From contig OX597823.1 of assembly GCA_951406725.2 (NCBI GenBank), positions 17,422,001 through 17,486,000 of the forward strand: a stretch of DNA of 64,000 nucleotides. The letters are read 5' to 3'. Origin of the DNA: Octopus vulgaris (taxonomy: Eukaryota). Shown here in pieces: positions 46,991 to 64,000 of the stretch. The notes under the pieces were generated by a model, which saw only the letters and a list, made by a program, of their open reading frames with translations, did no database searches and was not told the origin of the DNA. Position 1 is the stretch's first letter, and each line of letters starts with the position of its first letter. The translations under genes and the position numbers were made by a program.

Positions 46991-47580
46991 TTACACATAC
47001 ACGCACACATGTGAGTGTATATATATGCGTGTAGATATATACGTATACATATATGTATCTATGTATATATGTGTGTATGTATGTGTGTGTGTATGTATGT
47101 GTGCATGTATGTGTGTATGTATGCATGTATGTATGTATGTATGTATGTATGTATGCATGTGTGTGTATCTATGTATCTATGTATGTATGCATGTGTGTGT
47201 ATGTATGTATGTATGCATGTGTGTGTAGGTATGTATGTGTGTGTATGTATGCATGCATGCATGTATGTGTATGTATGTCTGTGTGTGTGTGTATGTATGT
47301 ATGTGTGTGTATGTATGCATGTGTGTGTATGTATGCATGTGTGTGTATGTATGCATGTGTGTGTAGGTATGTATGTGTGTGTATGTATGCATGCATGCAT
47401 GTATGTGTATGTATGTGTGTGTATGTATGTGTGTATGTATGCATGTGTGTGTATGTATGCATGTGTGTGTATGTATGTATGCATGTATGTGTATGTATGC
47501 ATGTGTGTGCATGTATGTATTTGTGTGTGTGTGTATGTATGCATGTATGTATACATATATGTCTGTATGTATGTATATAT
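46915..47580. repeat. Compound (TG)n/(TATG)n microsatellite
   Basis: Direct reading. Confidence 0.93.
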
Positions 47581-47911
47581 AATCCGAATAAGCAGACACA
47601 GAAAGACTATAACATATCTTTAAATATCAGTTACAATTGTTTCAAGCAAAAATTCAAAATGAAAATTTACGCAATATTTGTGGTTTTAAAGAGAAGAATG
47701 GCATTTCCTCAGACCAGCATCAAAGATGCGCTCTGGGAATGTCGTTTTTATTTTAAAGATTAAGAATATGAACAAAAGATATACATTCAGATGGCTCCAT
47801 ACATAGAAGACAATTTTACTGCAAAACTTGTGTTGACTGGAACTTCAAGTTTCAATTCTTTGTTAATTCAATAGGCCGTTGGTAGGAACTTAAAAACGCT
47901 CATACATATAT

Positions 47912-48143
47912 ATTTCTTTACTACCCACAAGGGGTTAAACACAGAGGGGACAAACAAGGACAGACAAAGGGATTAAGTCGATTACATTGACCCCCAGTGC
48001 GTAACTGGTACTTAATTTATCGACCCCGAAAGGATGAAAGGCAAAGTCGACCTCGGCGGAATTTTAACTCGGAACGTAACGATAGACAGAATACGGCTAC
48101 GCATTTCGTCCGGCGTGCTAACGGTTCTGCCAGCTCGCCGCCT
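47912..48143 (-). mobile_element. SINE family C
   Basis: Reverse complement of the 63110 copy. Confidence 0.85.
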
Positions 48144-48489
48144 ACATATATGCATGCATACATACATACATACAAACATACATACATACATACATACATA
48201 CATACATACATACATACATACATACTGACCTTACCTTCGAAACGCGCATTGAGTCGAAACAGGGGCAGCTGAAGAAGGGGAATGTTCCTTGTGTTGGTTG
48301 TCTTGTACTCTGTTTTTTCGTTGTTAAAAAAAGTCCGTTTCCTTGTTTGGTTTTATGTTTTCGTTTCTCGTTGTATTCTACGTTTATTTGTGGTGTCCTG
48401 TACTCATATATGCATGTATATATACATATAGATGTAGGTATGTACATATATGTATGTAGGTATGCATAAGTTTTATTTATTATATTGTT

Positions 48490-48530
<41 letters not shown>

Positions 48531-48773
48531 GTACATTCGTACATATACATACTCTAAGACTAACAGCGGTAACTGCCTGCGATTTTGTGATGTGAAAATT
48601 TAAGTAGTTCGACAGGCGGCTAACATTAAATATATATTAATCTTTGCGGTATCGAGTACTCTTCCTTTCGTTCGTTACGCATGTTTCTACTCTGCAGTAT
48701 TCCATTTCTTGCTCCGCACACGTATCTTTCTCTCCATTATTTGCTTAAGGTTATCATCTAAGCATTCGACATA

Positions 48774-48885
48774 CAGGTCGTCTTGACTTATTCTATCGGT
48801 CTCTTTTGCCGAACCGCTAAGTTACGGAGACGTAAACACACCAGCATCGGTTGTCAAGTGATGTTGGGGGACAAACACAGACACA

Positions 48886-48944
<59 letters not shown>

Positions 48945-49483
48945 ACATACATATATATATACATATATACGACGTCTACCAAATCCACTCACAAGGCTTT
49001 GGTCGGCCCGAGACTATAGTAGAAGACACTTGCCCAAGGTGCCACACAGTGGGAATGAACCCGGAACCATGTGGTTGGTAAGCAAGCCACTCCTGCGCCA
49101 ATGTACATAGCTTTGTCTTATATTTTTACATTCTTAAGATACATTCTCAGGTAAAAATCACGCACAGCATTCTGTATTATACTACAACAGTGTTATTTGT
49201 TCGAAGCCTCAAACAGTCGTCTAAGAAACAAATACGAGGTTGTCTCGATGTCTCCGCGACAGGATATTCATTCAACACTTGGGATATCAGCAGTGTCGAT
49301 CAAGACCAAACCATGGGTAAGCATTTGTTAGCTGGTGTCATCTGTAGACGGAATAATTTCTTAGAAATTAAGCCCATTAGATTTCAAGTGGACTATATAT
49401 TATTGCTGCCGGAATTTGGCGTACCGATCGTTGTTAGATCACTCGATCGTAAGTCGGATAGGTCGTAAGTCGACGACAACCTG
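48774..49483. mobile_element. Putative Tigger/mariner-type MITE containing a family A SINE (~48789-49099, minus)
   Basis: TA-caggtcgtcttgactta ... taagtcgacgacaacctg-TA: imperfect TIRs with TA flanks. Confidence 0.55.
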
Positions 49484-49622
49484 TATTTTCCCTTTCTGTG
49501 CAACGCTTGTTGGACTGTTGCGTTAGATTGTTTTCCTTCGTTTATTTTCATCGTAAATGAAAATTCTGATGTTTTAATATCATCGAAAAGTAATTAATTG
49601 TATTAAAAATTATCATAGCTAA

Positions 49623-49718
49623 GGCGGTACATATTCTAAAATTGGAAGGATACAGAGAAGATTAACATGGCCCCTGCGCAAGGATGACACGCAAATTCGT
49701 GAAGCGTTCTATATTTTT
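49623..49718 (+). pseudogene. U6: U6 snRNA pseudogene, 5'-truncated by about 11 nt
   Basis: acatattctaaaattggaaggatacagagaagattaacatggcccctgcgcaaggatgacacgcaaattcgtgaagcgttctatattttt; ACAGAGA box present, AGC triad mutated to AAC. Confidence 0.93.
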
Positions 49719-49719
49719 C

Positions 49720-49912
49720 TATAGGCGCAGGAGGGGTTATGTGGTAAGCAGCTTGCTTACCAACCACATGATTCCGGGCTCAGTCCCATTGTGTAGCACC
49801 TCGGGCAAGTGTCTTCTACTATAGCCTCGGGCCGATCAAAGACCGATGTGAGTGGATTTGGTAGACGGAAACTAAAAGAAGCCCGTCGTATATATGTATA
49901 TGTGTATGTGTA

Positions 49913-49965
<53 letters not shown>

Positions 49966-50182
49966 GTATGTGCTTGTATGTTTGTGTGTCTGTGTTTGTC
50001 CCTCCAACATCGCTTGACAACCGATGCTGGTGCGTTTACGTCCCCCGTAACTTAGCGGTTCGGCAAAAGAAACCGATGGAATAAATACTAGGCTTACAAA
50101 GAATAAGTCCTGAGGTCGATTTGCTCGACTAAAGGCGATGCTCCAGCATGGCCACAGTCAAATGACTGGAACAAGCAAAGGA
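49720..50182 (+). mobile_element. SINE family A directly following the U6 copy
   Basis: tataggcgcaggag head starts immediately after the U6 oligo-T. Confidence 0.88.
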
Positions 50183-50568
50183 GTATATTTGAAAAAAAAA
50201 TGGTTGTATGGTAACGTGCATGTTGCCTTATTCTGCTCTAGTCATTAGTCTCACCATACATTTTCTCCGATCTTTGTATTTGTCTATTCCTGTCGCTAAT
50301 ACTCCAATTTATGCTTTTTCTTTCTGTTTTGTGTCATGCCTCCACTGTATCAATGCCTAATAATACTTCCTGTCGCTACGAAGGTGGTGGTTCCATCCTA
50401 AGGTGTCAAAACTATCAGAATGTCTAGCAAGAAAAGACAACATTTTGTAACATTTGTTTGTTCGGTATGTAATGCATTGCTGACGCACACAGCTAGATTT
50501 TCTCACTAGTGTACACACACACACACACACACACGACAGGCAGTTACCGGTGTTATTTTTAGAGTATG

Positions 50569-50600
<32 letters not shown>

Positions 50601-50873
50601 TGTATGTATGTATGTATGTATGTATGTATGTATGTATGTATGTATGTATGTATGTATGTATGAATGAATGAACGAACGTTTCTAAGTTCCTACCAACGCC
50701 CTATACAAGTAAACTGAATGATCAAAGAATTGAAACTTAGAGCTCCAGTCAGCACAAGAGATGCAATCGTAAGTTAGAACGTTAGTACAAATAAATAGAA
50801 ACCCAGAAACCCTACCAAAACGTGTAGAATGGTTTGTATGTACGTATATATGTCTACACACACACACACACAT

Positions 50874-50936
<63 letters not shown>

Positions 50937-51298
50937 CGTATATTTGCCATTTCAATATGGCTACCCCTAAGGGTGGATGCTACTGTAGTTTTTAGCCCCA
51001 GGAGGACACACTCCTCCAGCTGGCCATAGACACACTTTCTGTGTCCTGTCAGTATTTGCAAAGGGAAGTCATCCTTCCCGTCTTCAACTTATGATACACA
51101 CGGACTCTGGCTACCCCTTAGGGGTAGCCATATTGAAATGGCAAATATACGTCACGATGTGTTACCGCTACTGTATATAACTCACTTTGATATTTATCAT
51201 TGTTTGATTTCACTTTTTCAATATCAGCGACAGTGGACGCTGGAAAAAGTATAAGTATTTGTGAAGGAAATCTAATTCTCGGCGACAACTATGATTGT

Positions 51299-51343
51299 CA
51301 CACGCTGACAAGAGGTCAATACCTCGAAACTCGAGTCCGTGTG
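51299..51343 (+). ncRNA. Hammerhead copy with a core mutation (CUGACAA)
   Basis: Identical to the 51651 copy except G8-to-A. Confidence 0.75.
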
Positions 51344-51650
51344 TATCATAAGTTGAAGACGGGAAGGATGACTTCCCTTTGCAAATACTGACAGGACACA
51401 GAAAGTGTGTCTATGGCCAGCTGGAGGAGTGTGTCTTCCTGGGGCTAAAAACTACAGTAGCATCCACCCTTAGGGGTAGCCATATTGAAATGGCAAATAT
51501 ACGTCACGATGTGTTACCGCTACTGTATATAACTCACTTTGATATTTATTATTGTTTGATTTCACTTTTTCAACATCAGCGACAGTGGACGCTGGAAAAA
51601 GTATAAGTATTTGTGAAGGAAATCTAATTCTCGGCGACAACTATGATTGT

Positions 51651-51695
51651 CACACGCTGACGAGAGGTCAATACCTCGAAACTCGAGTCCGTGTG
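51651..51695 (+). ncRNA. Intact type I hammerhead ribozyme
   Basis: cacacg-CTGACGA-gagg tcaata cctc-GAAA-c tcga GTC-cgtgtg; stem I extends via atgat/atcat and caact/agttg; palindromic stem III ACTCGAGT. Confidence 0.92.
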
Positions 51696-52071
51696 TATCA
51701 TAAGTTGAAGACGGGAAGGATGACTTCCCTTTGCAAATACTGACAGGACACAGAAAGTGTGTCTATGGCCAGCTGGAGGAGTGTGTCCTCCTGGGGCTAA
51801 AATCTACAGTAGCATCCACCCTTAGGGGTAGCCATATTGAAATGGCAAATATACGTCACGATGTGTTACCGCTACTGTATATAACTCACTTTGATATTTA
51901 TCATTATATATCTATATATATATATATATATATATGCCTATATATATTATATATATGTATATATATGTATATGTATATATATATGCCTAGATATACATAT
52001 ATGTATATATATATGTATATATATGTCTATATATACATATATATACATATACATATACATATACAGATATG

Positions 52072-52145
<74 letters not shown>

Positions 52146-52638
52146 TGCATATATCCGGAGGTTGGCAAGAAGCTTTTAATGGCGGTGCCCCAGCATGGCC
52201 ACAGCTTATGAGCTGAAACTGGAAAAATCAAAATCAAAATCATACACACACATATATATTATATATATACACACACATATATATAGATATATATATATAC
52301 ATATACATATCCCAGCAGAGAGGGTGTCACAGTATAGAGGAGTGTAAAATTAGCCATGATCTTTACGAGTGTCATCTAAAAAAAAATCTTTTGCTATTCA
52401 CGAAACCTAAACACATGACTCTGTTGTGAAATGCTTCAGATTCCTTCATTGTCATCAATCTCTTGTAAACGTCTTCAAAACATAAAACGCCATTGATAAA
52501 ATTTCCCTAAGTATTTTAATGACTGCCACGAGACACTTCACAAATTATTCTTAATTTCACCTGAAATTTTTATGTACACACACACACTCACACACACACG
52601 TGTGTATGTGTGTGTTTGAGTGTGTCTGTGTGAGTGTG

Positions 52639-52690
<52 letters not shown>

Positions 52691-52720
52691 CATATATATA
52701 TATATGTATATATGTATGTA

Positions 52721-52771
<51 letters not shown>

Positions 52772-52786
52772 GTATATATGTATGTA

Positions 52787-61867
<9,081 letters not shown>

Positions 61868-61949
61868 TCTTCTTTTTGTTCGTTGTATTTGCTTCTCTCC
61901 TCTTTTCCTTCTTCCACCGCTTTTATCTCTTGGTTGTCGTTGTTTCACT

Positions 61950-62152
61950 TCTTTTTCTTCTTCTTCTTCTTCTTCTTCTTCTTCTTCTTCTTCTTCTTCT
62001 CCTCCTCCTCCTCCTCCTCCTTCTTCGTCTTCTTCTTCTTCTTCTTCTTCTCCGTCTCCTTCTTCTTCTTCTTCTTCTTCTTCGTCTTCTTCTTCTTTTC
62101 TTCTTCTTCTTCTTCTTCTTCTTCTTCTTCTTCTTCTTCTTCTTCTTCTTCT
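61950..62152. repeat. (TTC)n/(TCC)n microsatellite
   Basis: Direct reading. Confidence 0.93.
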
Positions 62153-62320
62153 TTGACTTATCAAAAACAACAATGGAATCTCTCTCATAACGCGCTACCG
62201 TCACAGAAATAAAATGCAAATTAGGTAATATAGCACTGGATGCACTGTAGCAATGAAAACTTCGGGATGGTCAGCAATGGAAGGTGTTTGATTCGTATCA
62301 TCATCATCAACAACAACAAG

Positions 62321-62386
<66 letters not shown>

Positions 62387-62851
62387 CGTGTCGAGGACAA
62401 CAATAACAAGAATAACAGCAACCATACAAAATAAGCAAGGATGGAATGCCAGCAAAATATAAAAAAAAAAACTAAGTCGTTGAACTCTTTTGCACGGGAA
62501 GTTCATATATTTGCTTTTCAAACAACAGAGAAAGCCACACACTCCCAGCTACGTAACAATTTCGAGCAAAGACCCGAAAGCGGAAGCAGGTGTTTCATTG
62601 GAACTATTTAAATCAGTTTGTTGTTGTCACTGTTGTTTAGTGATGGCGGTCACCCTTGATTGAGCAGACTTTTATGATGAAAGGCATTCCTGAATGTTTC
62701 TTTGTACCCAAGACTACTGCATTGTTCAGTTGTTCGGCATATCTTTCTTTTTTAAGACTGTAATGTCAGTGATTTGCGAGAATCTATCTACAGTTGTCTG
62801 CAAGGGAGCGGTCGCTTATAAAATTCACTCATTGACTCACTCAGTAAAAAA

Positions 62852-62852
<1 letters not shown>

Positions 62853-62928
<76 letters not shown>

Positions 62929-62941
62929 GTCTATCTGTCTG

Positions 62942-63012
<71 letters not shown>

Positions 63013-63013
63013 G

Positions 63014-63089
<76 letters not shown>

Positions 63090-63337
63090 GCTAGCTAGCT
63101 AGCTAGCTAGGCGGCGAGCTGGCAGAAGCGTTAGCGCGCTGGGCGAAATGCTTAGCGGTATTTCGTCTGTCGTTACGTTCTGAGTTCAAATTCCGCCGAG
63201 GTCGACTTTGCCTTTCATCCTTTCGGGGTCGATAAATTAAGTACCAGTTACGCACTGGGGTTGATGTAATCAACTTAATCCCTTTGTCTGTCCTTGTTTG
63301 TCCCCTCTATGTTTAGCCCCTTGTGGGCAGTAAAGAA

Positions 63338-63422
<85 letters not shown>
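62853..63422 (+). mobile_element. SINE family C (63110-63339) inserted in a (TCTA)n microsatellite
   Basis: Full-length family C sequence between TCTA runs. Confidence 0.88.
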
Positions 63423-63423
<1 letters not shown>

Positions 63424-63426
63424 TCG

Positions 63427-63465
<39 letters not shown>

Positions 63466-64000
63466 GAAAAAAGATGTTCAGAATGCTGGATGGTTGTAAA
63501 AATAAATATTTATTTACATATCACATATTATTACTTCATATTAGCGCTTTCAACTACTCCTGTAGTTTCATGACATACACAAAGTTTGCTTTGACATACA
63601 CTTACATTGTGATTTCTGCAATGTGGTGCATAAAATGTCAAGTAAATTAGAGGCATCTTTGCCTCCACTGATTCAGTTGCAAAGTGTTGAGTAAAGTTAT
63701 TTGATTGCAGACCTCCTTTCAGTCTTTTTATTATCACTGGGTCACACATAGTCTCCCGATGGTAACATTCATTTCAAGGCCTTCCCAGATGAGTAACTGG
63801 TTATTCAAAGACATTTATAGATTGTAAATTTATTCTGTCCAGTTACGTATCAGTATAGTGGTCATTTGCAAACTCCAGAGGTGACACTTTCATTTCTCCT
63901 TAGCCCTCACATCACACAAAGAAAACTCCGAATGACCCGTCCTTGTTTTATCTTTGAATCGTCTCTTTTTTGCATCACCTACCTGTCTGGGTGTTTTGCG

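Larger units (their letters stand above)
50933..51905 (+). mobile_element. 352-bp hammerhead tandem repeat (~2.2 units, 51115-51905) preceded by an inverted partial unit (50933-51107), embedded in (TA)n
   Basis: Period of 352 (ORF echoes at 51200/51552 and 51379/51731); one hammerhead per full unit. Confidence 0.9.

Overview
This is an AT-rich, microsatellite-dense eukaryotic window with no intact host protein-coding gene; nearly all ORFs in the track are microsatellite artefacts. The SINE families and repeat landscape suggest an octopus/cephalopod genome (inference). Recognisable content: three tRNA-headed SINE families (several with TSDs), decayed non-LTR retrotransposons (R4/Dong-like, RTE-like, Tx1/L1-like, Penelope-like), decayed DNA transposons (Tc1, pogo, hAT- and Tigger-like MITEs, a tandem Helitron), and U6 and 5S pseudogenes sitting directly upstream of SINEs. 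Main result: the ~9 kb array of ~18.3 near-identical 491-bp units (52891-61867) has a complete type I hammerhead ribozyme on the minus strand of every full unit, with an unusually long G-U-rich stem II extension. This is the architecture of a retrozyme, a tandem repeat that self-processes into monomeric/circular RNA. A second, unrelated 352-bp hammerhead repeat (50933-51905) lies about 1 kb away. Several palindromic, (TA)n-embedded Penelope-type elements with minimal hammerheads occur elsewhere. All structures were folded by eye; nothing was computed or searched.
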